Program-made: the position numbers and the translations under genes
NCBI GenBank assembly: GCA_036785375.1
Contig: JAWMAR010000030.1
Location: 7,378,001 to 7,442,000, forward strand
Length of the DNA stretch: 64,000 nt
Source of the DNA: Leucoraja ocellata
Taxonomy: Eukaryota
Direction: 5' to 3'
The notes under the pieces: generated by a model
The model's input: the letters and a program-made list of their open reading frames with translations, nothing else
What the model was told of the DNA's origin: nothing
Databases searched by the model: none
Part shown: piece by piece, positions 11,563 to 24,718 of the stretch
Position numbering within the stretch: the first letter of the stretch is position 1
Layout: each line of letters opens with the position of its first letter

Positions 11563-11655
11563 GTTCTTTGGCATCTTGATATATTTCGAAGGAGTTTCAG
11601 GCAGTTAACCACTCACAAATGTATGGGAGATTCCTGCATCTTCTGTGCTCTCAAG
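11563..11655 (+). CDS. USP54: USP54 coding exon 2
   Basis: catag|GTT; [31 protein letters not shown]; AAG|gtagga. Confidence 0.95.
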
Positions 11656-12043
11656 GTAGGAGCTTTGCACAGTGCTGATCTATTGTAATTGTTTTTTTCA
11701 GTGGTCTCAGGTTGAGGTTTTTTATTGGTGTTTATTTTGTTTAGTAATCGTGATTTATTAAATTATGCTGTATTGTTAGGAAACTCTTCCTTATCATCTC
11801 AACCTGGTCTTTGGAATAGTTAGCAGAGGACGCCTTAGTGAATATGGAACATTACCAGTTATCAAAACTGTCACTTTGTCCTCTTTGGTCTAGATCGGTC
11901 TCCGCTAAGTGATTAAAAGCCAAGCAATATTTAGCCAGCCAATGGAAAAAGATTGGATATTACTGTGCATGGCCAATAGTTTTTCTTTCAAAAAATATTT
12001 TAGAATGATGCCTTCCGATCTAACTTGTCCATGATTATAATTT

Positions 12044-12248
12044 GTAAGAAGAAACTGCAGATGCTGGTTTAAACCGAAGATAGACACAAAAAGCTGGAGT
12101 AACTCAATGGGAAAGGCAACATCTCTGGAGAGAAGGAATGGGTGGCGTTTCGGGTCGAGACACTTCTTCAGACTGGTTAGGGACCAGGGAAAGGAGAGAT
12201 ATCGATGGTGATGTGGATGAGAAGCTAGTGCGACTTAGGTGGGTGAGG

Positions 12249-12282
<34 letters not shown>

Positions 12283-12592
12283 ATGCTGGTGCTACTTGGA
12301 GTGAGATAAATCAATATTCAAACCATTGGGCTGTAAGCAGCCAAAGCAAAATATGAGATGCTGTTCCTGCAATTTGCGTTTAGCCTCAGGTCGGTTCATG
12401 TGGGCTGAGCGAAGGTGTTCCGCGAAATGATCCCCCGGTCTGCGTTTGATCTCGCCGATGTATAAGAGTCCACATCTTGAACAAAGGATACAGTAGATGA
12501 GGTTGGAGGAGGTGCAAGTGAACCTCTGCCTAACCTGAAAGGACTGTTGGGGTCCCTGGACAGAGTCGAGGGAGGAGGTATAGCGACAGGTG
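12044..12592 (-). mobile_element. Penelope-like element fragment (GIY-YIG endonuclease + terminal repeat)
   Basis: Minus strand translates FTCTSSNLIYCILCSRCGLLYIGEIKRRPGDHFAEHL..EQHLIFCFGCLQPNGLN; flanked by direct repeat ttataattt (12035-43, 12593-601). Confidence 0.85.
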
Positions 12593-12649
12593 TTATAATT
12601 TCATTGCTTACCTGATTATATTGATCGAGGTTGCTGTAAAAAAAGAAAG

Positions 12650-12922
12650 TCTGGCACCAGAGACCTGGGTTTGATCCTGACTTCGGGTGCTGTCTGTGTG
12701 GAGTTTGCATGTGGATTTCCTCCGTGCTCCAGTTTTCTTCCACATCCCAAAGATGTCTGGGTTTGTAGTTAATTGGCCCATGTAAATTGCTCTAGTGTGT
12801 AAGGAGTGGGAAAGTTGCACATTATAGCAATACATGTGAACAGGTAATTGATGGTCAGCATGAACTTGATGGGCTGAAGATGCTTTTTCAATGCTGTATC
12901 TATAAACTCTAAACTAAACTAA
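12650..12922 (+). mobile_element. tRNA-derived V-SINE (HE1-like)
   Basis: gagacctgggtttgatcc B box; gtggagtttgca V-domain; tgggctgaag..gctgtatct(ctaaa)n tail. Confidence 0.8.
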
Positions 12923-13398
12923 AATATGCCGTGGAGCTCTGGCCAAAACAAATTCTGTCAAAATTTGTGTTAAAATGAAAGACACTTTGTAGTGCAGTGC
13001 ATCACAATTGTATTCAGTGGGCAGGTGACAACTTTTAAGATATGATTTGATGTGCAGTGATTTTGCTGTTTAATGATAAATGTTGGAAGCTACAAATGCT
13101 TTGACTGGAAGCTGAATTATAATAAGCTATTATAATAAGTTTGTTCTGGTTTGCCTACATTCTCGCTTGTTATGGAGCATTAAAAATGTCGCTTTTTTCA
13201 TCTATTTCTTTAATGAAATGGTGCATTTATTATTTTCACATAGTTTTAGTACTTTTTGGGAGAAAAAAGCCTCTCTACTAATTAATCATGTGGCTATAAA
13301 ATGGGAATATTGTTTGGATTTTTCATGAAGATCTGAGTTTGATGCACAGACGTTTGTCCTCTTACCACATTGTATATCCTAGTTTTTTCACAAGCTGA

Positions 13399-13644
13399 AG
13401 GGCCTGTCCCACTTGGCGATTGTATCGGTAACTGCCGGCATCATTGACTGACATATCAGGTCACCGACAAATATGCAGCGTATTGGTGGCGGTAACGCAG
13501 CATGATGATGTATTGACGCGCGGTGTTTTTCTAGTGTCGCAACTTTTTTTTGTCGCTGCTGGATTTTGAAATGTTCAAAATCTTTTGGCGACATTCATAT
13601 GACGCCGGCAGTCGCCGAAAAAATCGCCAAGTGGGACAGACCCT
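13399..13644. mobile_element. PIF/Harbinger-type MITE
   Basis: TIRs agggcctgtcccacttggcgatt and aatcgccaagtgggacagaccct (one mismatch); 3-bp TGA TSD on both sides. Confidence 0.85.
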
Positions 13645-14217
13645 TGAGAGACCTCCAAATACTGGTGTACAACTGTGACCTGATTACTTTTGTTACCTAC
13701 TTACATACTGAATGAATCCTCCCTTGGGGCCAGAGCTGGTGCCTTTATTGATTTGTATATATTTTAATAATTTTGTCATGGTCCACAGGGTACCATTTCC
13801 AAATTTCCAGGTGGAAAATTGCTTGGAATTTTGAGGAAGAGAGTAATAGGTTGCTGTAGGATATTGAGAGATGTCAGAAATTTGATACAATGCAGTAAAG
13901 TGATGCTCTTCAGAGAATCAGTAAAGATACATTACAGATTAATTGTTACTGCCTCCCTGAATGAACAATTGGAAGATCTGAGTTTGATGCATAACGCACA
14001 AACATTTCTTGTCTTATTTCTTGCATATTGATGGTATCTACAAATCCTCAGATTGAACTCTGGTTGAATTGATTTGTAAATGTTTGAGGAAATTAGGGCA
14101 ATTCTGATATGGACAATCACTGAGCTTTTGATCTATGTTCGTGAAACTATATATTTAAATTCCTTGCAGTGAAAGCTATAATTTTCTAACCTACAAAATA
14201 TTTTGATATTAGTTTCC

Positions 14218-14372
14218 ATGGCTCTAGATCAGGGAGGAGCGAATGCCATGGATCAACCACGGCTGGATCGCCTGGGTGTGGGTGTCTGATGTTGAAAGAC
14301 TCGAAACACCCAATGACCCCAGGTTACATCACTGATGATGTGTTCAGGAGCATCAATAGATGTATTTTTATC
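14218..14372 (+). mobile_element. Possible HERO/R2-superfamily non-LTR 3' end
   Basis: ggctggatcgcctgggtgtgggtgtctgatgttgaaagactcgaaacacccaatgaccccagg..tcactgatgatgtgt resembles recalled fish HERO-type 3'UTRs. Confidence 0.4.
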
Positions 14373-14417
14373 AATCAAACTGAACGGCTAATTCACTGGA
14401 TGCCTGACTTGCCATTG

Positions 14418-15243
14418 GCGAGTGGTGGCGCTTTTCGCAACTTTTCGTCCTTTCATCCTTTAAAAAAATTTTAGTCTGTCAAAAGTTTTGTTTTGGAGGT
14501 CTTTTAGTCTTTTTATGTGGTGGGGGGGGGAGGGGAAAACTGTGTTTCTCAGTCAAAACCTGGTCAAGGGTGCGTTTTTTCTCCGAGTCGCAACTTCGCC
14601 CCCTCCTTGCGGCCTACCATCTGGCTTGGCGCGGTCTTTCCTGCCGCAAACCGGCCAGAGTTTCAGCTTCAGCAGAGGCGCAGCAACGAAGTACCATCGT
14701 GGAACGGGCGATGCCTTACTAGAGTCGCCGTGTTGGAAGCTCCGGAGAGCTGGCACTGCCGACTCTAACACCGTGGAGCTGTGGGTTGTGGAGCTCCCAG
14801 CCACGAGCGACGCTGACTTTAAACACCGGAAGGCCTGGGATCTTTCGCTGAGGTCGCCAGTGTTGGAGCTCCGCCCAGCTCAGCCTGTGGACTTCGGGAG
14901 CCACGGTCTCTAGTAGGAAGCGGCCGATTTGGAACTCCAAGCTGCTGAGAATGTTCTTCCGACGCCGGAGCTCCATCATTCCGGCGAGAGGGCCTGAAAC
15001 ATCGGGCCGTCATTTGCGGCGACTGCGGAGGCCTCAATAAGCCCCGACCACGGGTGAACATAGAGGAAGTGGACTGAACTTTGCTGCCTTCCTTCACAGT
15101 GGGAAACGTTGATTCCGCTGTGGGGGGATATTAATGTTAAATTCTATAGTGTTGTGTTTATCTTATTTGTGTGCTGCATGGTAACTCAAATTTCACTGCA
15201 CCAATTGGTGTACGTGACAATAAATGTCCTTTGTCCTTTGTCC
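14418..15243 (+). mobile_element. Non-autonomous GC-rich retroelement with Rex1-type 3' tail
   Basis: CpG-rich body; ends atttcactgcacc..ggtgtacgtgacaataaa(tgtcctt)n; no credible protein. Confidence 0.6.
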
Positions 15244-16561
15244 ATTCATATTCAACACGAAAGTAATGGGTGCAAACATGCAATGATCAACTGTTAATTG
15301 GGTTTGTTGGCCCCACAAGATGTTTGTTTCATTCATATGGATGGAAGGTCACGTGACAGGTCCTCGCGTGCACTAATGATGTTTTCATTATAGGTGTGGC
15401 TCCCTAAAACTATTTTTTTAAAACCTCATAGGCAAGGCCTAACTTTGCAATTCCCTTTAATTACTGTGGAATGTATGAAATACAAACAAATAAGCAAAAC
15501 AAGAATTGATTTTTATGTATTTGGAAGTTGGAAGTTGATCTTCAAAAAATAGATTTGGGGATTTGAACATTTTTCCAATAATCAAAAGGTAGTCTCTTTC
15601 AATATATCAGTGTATGTTGGTCATATATTACTTCAGGCAATGCAACTTGATCTTTGCAGTTAAAATCAGCCAGGGAACGGTGGCAAAACGATTCCTACAA
15701 ACAAGCAAAACCAGTGGCAATGCTGGACAGAGAGTAAACATATCTTTTTGGTTAGTAAACATAGGTTTTTATATTTTCAGCATCAGGAATTGAGGCAGAC
15801 TTCGGTATACCATGTCTGTATATTTTATGAGAGTTTCTGTCTAATGCTTGATATCATTTCCTGGATTGAGATTATTCTTTACAGAATGTACAAACCAGTT
15901 GAACATCTACCTTATCATGGTCCAAATTGAATGTTTTTTTTGAGCAACAGGTCAATGGAATTGCAAAAGCATCACTCGACTTATTGAATAGGCTGCCTTT
16001 CTTTCAGATTTGTGTGGACAAAAGTGATTCTTACCACACATTACATTGGCATTGGCAATCACAATTCTAACAAGATTCACAGTGCTGAAACCATTCAATA
16101 ACTTCTAAGAAATCCATAATAACTAATGTTATTATATTAGCAGCAGTTGCCTTTACTAATTTTCTCATTCCAGAATACATAAATAAATTTATGGTTGACA
16201 TGCTGCCACTTATACACCAAATAAAATTCATTAAAATGTCTGTTGATTCATTAAAAAGTTATGAGAATGGCAATGTGCTGGTGTCATCAACTCACTCGCC
16301 TTTGAAATGTGAGTCTAAAATTGATTTAACAATTTCTGTGAACACATTTTATAGCCTCTAAAATTACCCTTCAACATTTCGGCTTGCATATTATATTAAG
16401 TTTGTTGTAAGCAATATAAATTGCAATCTGTAATGCATGACATTTTCAGTCAATTGATATTGTACCTGATCAACCAACCATAACATCAAAGGATATTATT
16501 AGGAAGCAGAATGCAGACAATGTGCACAATGTTTTGATGTCCCTGCATATGCTTTTAAGCT

Positions 16562-16700
16562 ACAATAATAGACAATATGTGCAGGAGTAGGCCATTCGGC
16601 CCTTCAAACCAGCACCACCATTCAATGTGATCATGGCTGATCATCCACAATTAGTACCCCGTTCCTGCCTTCTCAGATATCCCCTGACTCCGCTATCTTT
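16562..16700 (-). mobile_element. CR1 3' end fragment
   Basis: gtgcaggagtaggccattcggcccttc..tgatcatggctgatcatcc. Confidence 0.8.
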
Positions 16701-16734
16701 ATTGTACAATAATGTGTACAAGTTCCTTTAAAAG

Positions 16735-17356
16735 GGCACAAAGTCAGTGGGTCAGGGAGCATCTCTGAAGAACATGGATAAGTGATGTTTTGGGCCGAGA
16801 TACTTCTTCAGTTTGATTGTAGGGGGGGGGGGGGGGGGGGGGGGGAGAAGAAAGCTGGAAAAGAGGAGAGGCAGGACAAAGCATTACAGTTAATAGGTTA
16901 ACACAGGCGATGGGGCAGATGGTTGGAAAAAAAAGTTCAGAGATAAGAACAATAGGTGTGAGACAGGTTTGAAGTGTGGCGGACTTAAGCCTGGGGAAGG
17001 AAAGTAGTAAGCATGGTGGGCGATATGGAGAGGAGAAATAGATGGGCGTACAGGAGGGGCCTAGGGGAGGGAATGGGGAAAGAAGAAGAGGGGAGATGGG
17101 GAAGAACACAGGGGGAGGAGTTCGTTAGAGGTGACCTAAAACTGTAGAATTTAACGTTCATACCGTTTGGTTGTAATAAGAGGAAGCGGAATATCCAAGC
17201 AGAATATGAGGTGCTGTTCCTCCAGTTTGTGTGCGGCCTCACTCTGGCAAATAGAGGAGGCCCAGGACAGAAGGTCAGTGCGGGAATGGGAAGGAGAATT
17301 AAAATGGTTAACGACCAGGAGATCCAGTAGGCCTTGCTGAGTGCAAGTGTTCCGCA
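16735..17356 (-). mobile_element. Penelope-like element fragment
   Basis: VVNHFNSPSHS..EEQHLIFCL..LQPNGMNV (GIY-YIG C-terminus) plus the same terminal repeat as the 12044 copy. Confidence 0.8.
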
Positions 17357-20300
17357 AAAAAACTTATAGCAAAATTAACAATGCCACTTTAAATATTACC
17401 ACTTGTTTTGTCAACTACTAAATTATTCAATCAGACACACGCAACAACTAATATTCAACTAAGAACTGTCTGAAGAAGGGTCCCAACCCAAAACATCACC
17501 ATTCTGTATTCTCCAGAGATGGTACCTGACCCGCTGAGTTGGTCCAGTGCTTTGAGTCTTTTTCACTAATAACATTAATCCTGATTCTCATTTCCATAAT
17601 GCTGTTTGAATTCCTGATTCTCACCAGCATTATATTTTGTTTTTATTTTTGTAAATATACATTCTGGTTTCTTGCATATCGACTGGTTTGTGTACGACAA
17701 GAAAATCCTGGATTTTTTCATCAACAGTTACTGATAATTCTACATTTAAATTTGAGGTTGAAAACGTATTAAGAATAATACTTTTACAGTAGTAAATAGT
17801 CCAAGATTGTGGTACCTTAACTAAAACGGCATTGGAGATGAGACAAATAAAGCCATCATTTTGGTTGCTTAGCACATTGCTATAATTGAGCTACGAGCCA
17901 GTTACCCAGATATAGAGTGACTCAGATCTGCACCATTAAATTGAAAGTAATTAAATAATCTCGAAACTTGGAAAGACTTGAAATAAGCACCCCAAGAGGC
18001 CAGTCAAGCCTCACTGCCCATCGGGATTAATCCTTGAAATTCAAGAAAGTAATTAAGTAGAATTAGCGATTGGTATGAATTTGCTGATTGAATTTTGTAG
18101 CAGCTGATCAGACCACAAGATCTTAATGTTCTGAAGTAATTGCACTTCAGTAATGCAATGAAGGCTAAAGAAGTCAATGGAGCACTGTGTAATTACATTT
18201 CAACACTGCATGTTTTATAAAGGTTATTGCAGAGAGCTTGACTTGTTGCTGAAAGAAGTAAAAAGGAAAGATGGAAAGTACAAAACAGGCATTACTGACT
18301 TATGGTCCTGAGTATTACTGAAACGTTTAAAAATCTTTCTGATGGCTTTATTTATCTATCTCGCTCTCATTTTAAATAAATCTCAATTTGCATTTCTTTG
18401 TATTGAAACCAAGCTTTCAGGTCACTGTTTAAAAGTCAGCATCAGTGGCTCAAACTCCCTGTGATATCTTGAAAATGTTTTTTTGACTCAGCAATTGTCC
18501 AAAACTATATTTAACTTTTTTCTTGTTTGCAGTTTGTGTTTATAATTCTTTGTTATTCCCACTGATCATCACCATTTTTATCCAACTAAGGCAAATTTAC
18601 ATATTTTCTTTCTTAGAAGGAACTGATAAAATAAAAGGATTTGTGTGCGTAACTAAATATTAGTAGGTAAGAACAAAATGACTAACTCATATGTTAAGTT
18701 CACACTAGGAATTCAATTGGACAGACATTTTGAGTAATTGATTAGGAACCTCTGTTGCCCCAGAGTATTCAAGGCACCATAACTGAGGAAGAAAATACCA
18801 GTCTTGGAGGCTGTACAATTTTATCAGGATTTACTTTTAAAGGGTTAAATTATGAGGTAAAATAGAATAACTATGTATATTCCTTGAATTTAAAGAATTT
18901 CGCTAAGGAATTTAAATTTATTAAATGATTTGGTAGAAGAAAATTAGGGACAAAATCTTAGCTTGAGCTAGGTTATTCAAGAGTGAAGTCAAGAACTAAT
19001 TTCTCTATAAAGGTGGAGCAAAAGTGGAATTAAAGTCCACACATAACTCCATCAGCCTTACCAAATAAAAGTCTAATATGTTGATAAATGTTTACTTTGA
19101 GTACTTTTATAGGGTCATACAGCATGGAGGTTGGCTTTTGGCCCAACTTTCCTCTGTCTACTCAAGCCCAACCTTCTCATATTTGGCCCATATACCTCTA
19201 AAACTTAATAATAAAATGTTTATGTAATCTGTTAATTTCCATTCAATAATCTATATCATACAAATTGTATCATCACTAACCATTCCAATGAAATAAAGAA
19301 AAAAATATTTTTACTGTCTTATTATTTTTCCACCTGTAGCTGCATACTGTTTTACAATTTTGAATAGGAATTTGAGGGGGTAAAGCAAGTTCACTTCATT
19401 TATTCAATATCAGTTTTCTGCCAAACTAGTCTCTGGAATGTCCTTGACTGTATCTGGAAGCACAGTACTTTGTGTTCTTAATTTTGATGCTATGATAATA
19501 ATTGTTACTTAGCTTTATACAGTTTATAGAACGATGCCAACAAAATCTTAACACCAGTTAGTGAGGTAAAATTTTCCTCGTTCAAGAAGGCGTTTCATTT
19601 ATATTTTGAAGTTCTGACTTAGTTGAGTCAGGAACTTGACAACGTTTCAGAAATAGCTTGTGTTCATTTGCTACTGAACATTTTGTTTAAATTCTCAAAT
19701 TCAGGAAAATGTTCTGTAGTCTTGTGCTATTTGTATTAAACTGATGTGTTTCTAGTGCAAGATATTTAATGTATACGTGAATGTTTGTTGGTAGAAGGGG
19801 CAAAATGGGGCAGACAGATATTGGCCTTCCCACCAGTGCCATTTCTCCACCTATTTCCCAGCAATTTATACTGCCCATCAACGTGATCTCAATTCTTCTA
19901 TCACCCACTGACACAGGGATAAATTTACAGAAGCCAATCAATCTATCAGCATATCTTTTGGATGTGGGAAGATGTTGACGTTTTGGGGGGAAACCCATTC
20001 AGTGATATGTGCAACCTTCACAAATAACATTGTTGATATTATAAAACAATTACTGCACAGCAGGTGACAAGCTTTAGCAGGTAGCCTACCAGTCAGTGGT
20101 ATTTTCATAATGAGTGCTTAATGCATTTTTTATGCAGCTATGATAAATATATATGTTTTTGAATAACCAATACAGTAGGTATTAATTCAATTAATCATAA
20201 TTATTTGATTTTTAATTTTAGGCCCCTCATTGGTGGTAGTTGTTCAAAAGTGTCATGATTTCTTTGAGCTGCAAATGTGAAGTGCAGCTTAAATCTAATT

Positions 20301-20529
20301 TCTGTAAGCATTTGCTGTGAAAATATATTTTTGTGTTACAATATCTTCTTCTGAAACTCTCGGCTTTACGATGTTCTCCTATCATTTTCTTTATTTTCTG
20401 TTGAGAAATACTACCAGGCAAATTAAGTGTATTTTACATGATGTGAGTGAATGTTAATGGTTGGATTCAAAGCTGTTCTCTAGTCAGTACTTGAATCTCA
20501 ATTGTTTTGAAATGCAATCTGATAAAACC

Positions 20530-20685
20530 GGAAAGACACAAAGTGCTGGAGTAACTGAGCAGGACAGGCAGCATCTCTGGAGAACATCGGGAGACACATT
20601 TTCAGGTGGTGATGTGCCTGACCCACTAAGTTAATCCAGCACTTTGTATCTTTCTTCCAGCATCTGGAGTTTCTTGTCTCTACAT
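20530..20685. mobile_element. Fold-back Penelope-derived short element
   Basis: aaagacacaaagtgctgga... and tccagcactttgtatcttt as inverted arms. Confidence 0.65.
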
Positions 20686-21504
20686 ATTCAGCTTGGCTAG
20701 GCTTTCCTGACTCATTGTTCTGTGCGCCAACTTTATGGGAGAAGGACCAGGAATTTTCGCATAACTAATGGCAGTTTCAAGGCCTGGCCAATTTATTTCA
20801 TTAAAATGTGAAGAATTATAACCATGAACAGAATGAGTTGATATCTTTTGAGTCACCTGATTAATTCTATTGATTTTGGCAACAAATACTTGCACATGGG
20901 TGTGGCACACACAAAGTAAGCACCATAGAATTACGCAAATAATTGAGGCTTTTCTCAATTATAGAAGGTCATGATCAACATTGCAAAACCTCACCCCATG
21001 CTCTTTAAGTTTGCGTCACCTGATGCTCACAAATAAATGACATAATTTCAACCACTAATTTGTGCATCAGCCATTGCTTAGCTTATCTGTGTTATGATAT
21101 TTAACAGGGACCTTTGCCAGTTGATCTGAATCTTAGCTTCCGGTTAAAGATATGAAATTCGGCCTTGTAATCTGTTCTGTTTAGTTGTTGCAGGTTTTAA
21201 AACTGGTGCTAGGCGTTTGGATCAAAGCTTCCGTTTAAGCATGATCAGAATGTGCTAAATATAGATGTAATTTTGCTTTGGATTTCAATAGGAGAAATTA
21301 GACTGCAAATAAAAACAAGTAGCAGTGACTCTGAAGACAGATGCAAGGGTATGATTGAGCTGGAGAGAGGGCAGAGGAGACTCACCAGGGTCAAAAACAG
21401 CATTTTCTGCTGAAAATGCTTGATATGCTCAGCAGGTCAAGCCAGCACTTGGCCCATAGCCTCCTTTGCCTTGGTGATTCAAGTGCTCGTCTAAAGAAAT
21501 AATT

Positions 21505-22512
21505 TAAATACATTATTTATGAGATTAAATCCAGTTTGCCCAGCGGCCTTGACCCACTGCAGTTTGCCTACTGCCACAACATGTCCACGGACGATGCCAC
21601 CGCCCTAGCCTTATACTCATCCGTGGAACACCTGGATGAGAGAGACACTTACAGTACGTCAGATTACATAGACTACAGCTCTACCGTGAACACCATTATA
21701 CCATCCAAACTTATCACCAAATTTGCGGGACTTGATGTCAGCACTCATCTCTGCAACTGGATCCTCGGCGTCCTGACCAACAGACCCCAATCAGTGAGGT
21801 GAGGGGATAGATCACCCTCGACGATAATCCTCAACACGGTTGCTCCGCAAGGTTGCGTTCTCAGCCTCTTCACTCCTTGTACACCCACAACTTCTCACCA
21901 ACAACTTCTCCTGGACCTAAGCCTTTGAAGGATGTAGAGAAAGGCTTAGGAAGTTCAGCATGTCCTCTACAACTCTCACCAACTTCTACAGGTGCACCAT
22001 AGAAAACATTTTATCAGGATCAGCTTGGTTTCAGAACAGCCCCGTCCAAAACGGCAAGAATTTGCAGTGAATTGTGGATACAGCCTAGACCATCACACAA
22101 GCCAACCACCCTTCCTTTTACTCAATTTACACCTCACGCTGCCTCAGCAAGGCCAGCAGTATAATCAAGGAGGAGTTGCACCCTGGCCACTCCCTCTTCT
22201 ACCCTCTCCCATCAGGCAAAATATATAGGTATGAAAGTGCACATCTCCAGATTCAGGGATGGTTTCTTCCCAGTTATTATCTGGCAACTGAATCATCCTA
22301 CCAAAACCAGAAAGCAGTCCTGAACTACTATCTACCTCATTGATGACCCTCGGACTTTACCTTGCACTAAATATTATTCCCTTATCATGTATCTATCTAT
22401 ACATTGTAAATGGCTCGATTGTAATCATGTATTGTCTTTCCGCTGATTAGATAGCAAGCAACAAAAGCTTTTCATTGTACCCCGGTACACGTGACAATAA
22501 ATTAAACTAAAC
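21505..22512 (+). mobile_element. Rex1/Babar-clade LINE fragment (degraded RT + 3' end)
   Basis: LDPLQFAY..NMSTDDA..AL, DYSS..NTIIPSKL, LCNWIL..LTNRPQSVR, APQGCVLS; tail gtgacaataaa(ctaaa)n. Confidence 0.85.
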
Positions 22513-22990
22513 TAGATTATGTTCACAGTTTGCAGATGAAATCTGCTGGTACTGGCTCGGTTGAAAATTTGTGCAGCATAAACTTTTCCACATTGCAATG
22601 AAAATAAGTATATCAAACATATTCTCAGGAACAGATATCTTCTTTGTATTGCATCAGAGTTGCTGCTGTTTCTACACGTTGAAAGCTCTGAAGTGGAATT
22701 TGAAGCAATGATCATTTAATCGGGTGTTACCTGCAGAGCCACAGCCGGTTATGATAATTGACCTAAATTAAGCATAATTGAAAATGACGGGGCCCTTAAG
22801 CTTTGTTCATGGTAATCAGTGGAAGTAATTTGATTGTTGGATGGTAACTTGGGGAGGTGAGATTTTTCTATTGAAAAACATGAACATCTTCCAATGTCCA
22901 GCAAAATCTTGAACTGATCTGCAATATGAGAAAATTAGAGTTCAAAGTTAATAGCCAAGTATGTGCTGCATGCAATATTACCAGAATATT

Positions 22991-23230
22991 GTGTAGGAAG
23001 GAACTGCAGATGCTGGTTTAAACTGAAGATAGACACGAAAAGCTGAGGTAACTCAGCGGGTCAGACAGCATCTCTGGAGAAAAGGAATAGGTGACGTTTC
23101 AGGTCGAGACCATTCTTCTTCAGATAATTCTGGTAATTCTTCAGAAGAAGGGTCTGAACCCAAAACATAATCTATTCATTTTCTTCAGAGATGCTGTCTG
23201 ACCTGCTGAGTTACTCCAGCTTTTTCTGTC
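22991..23230. mobile_element. Fold-back Penelope-derived short element with 15-bp TSD
   Basis: Two PLE terminal repeats in inverted orientation; flanks tattaccagaatatt (22976-90) and tattgccagaatatt (23231-45). Confidence 0.8.
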
Positions 23231-24718
23231 TATTGCCAGAATATTACTGGGGCTAAGAGTGTTAAATTCTGTGGACAGATTCTATGGACTAGTTTTATGT
23301 TCAATTGAATGTAGATCTAATTGAGAAATGTAAGATGATTAAAGGATTTGATAGAGTGGGCAGATGGATCAGTGACATGGATTAGTGTTGAGGGCTAGTG
23401 GGTTTTTCTCTGCTGTTGGTTCTCTCGCCATTCTCTCATCATTTCTTAGTGGGTTGTTGGACTGAAGGTAATTGTAATTAAAGAGACATGAAGCTATAAC
23501 AGATATAAACACTGGGATGAAACTTCTGAAGTTGAGATTTTGGATAAATCAATGAAGTCAGCAAGCATATTGCAGATTCTAAGGACTTAAAATGGACTTT
23601 AGCTGAGGGTTAAAAGAGCTAACAGAAAATTGAAATAACTAGGTCTGGTGATGGACAAGGGTGTATATGAGGGTTTTTCATTGAAAGTGGACTGGGAGTA
23701 AGGAAGATAATGGAGTATTATACTTCCAGTTTGCTTTGATTCAATCTGAAATGTTGGAGGGGCAGGCTGTAGAATTGTTGATATTCATTTTTCCTTATGA
23801 AATAGAAGAGACAATGATTCTGGACAAATAAGAAAGATTACAACACGTATTTTCCACCAAAATTGTTTTAAGTATTTGAATTCATTCCTTTGAAATGACT
23901 ACGAAGCTGCCAGCTTTTCATTAAAATATTTTTTAAGGGAAGCACTCCTACCATTCATAATATGAGTGGGTCAATAAGTGACTCGGGTCCTGCAGAAACT
24001 TGGTTGACTCTTTGCTGCCTTCTGAAATAATTCAACAGGATATTTGGTTGTATCAGATGAATTGGAATGGATAATGTGTACCCGCCTCAATAATGTTGCC
24101 CATACTCTACTGCTTTTGCAGAGCCAACATAAAAATGTGAAACACTGGCCACAGTGGTCAAAGAAGGTCATATCATTAAATCTTCCAGGATTGTTCTTAA
24201 CAAAATAAAATAATTTAATTTCATAAATATTTCTGATCGTATTGGTCAGAGATGGAAAAACAAAAGACAACTTTGAACTTGTGTGTGTGCGTGATCACAT
24301 CTACTCGAAAAAACGACGCTCTAACGGTAAAATCTTTACATATTCCTGTAGTGTTATATCCCATGGATTCAGAAATCGACTTGGGTCTCTCCCCCCTCCA
24401 AGTCTACTCTGCCATTCAATCATGGCTAATCTATCTCTCCCTCCTAACCCCGTTTTCCTGCCTTCTCCCCATAATCTCTGACACCTGTTCCTGCTCCTAT
24501 TTTTCTGTTTTTGAAAGGGATGAATGTGTGAACAAAATAATTGAAGATGGTGATAATGTTAAAATAAAACAGAAAATGTAAGAAAGGTATATCCAATCTC
24601 AAATTAGTGTTATTTTCAAGACCGACCAGTGCACCTACAGTGCCCAGTGCCCAATTATTTTTTCTATGTGCCAAAAAAAATGTGAAGGTGGAATTCATTG
24701 ACTGTTTCATTTCTTTAG

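Noticed and set aside
14488-15097. CpG-rich stretch with ORFs, possible CpG-island promoter or small gene
   Set aside because: It lies within a repeat that has a second copy at 1026-1635 and a retroelement tail; the ORFs have no recognisable motifs.
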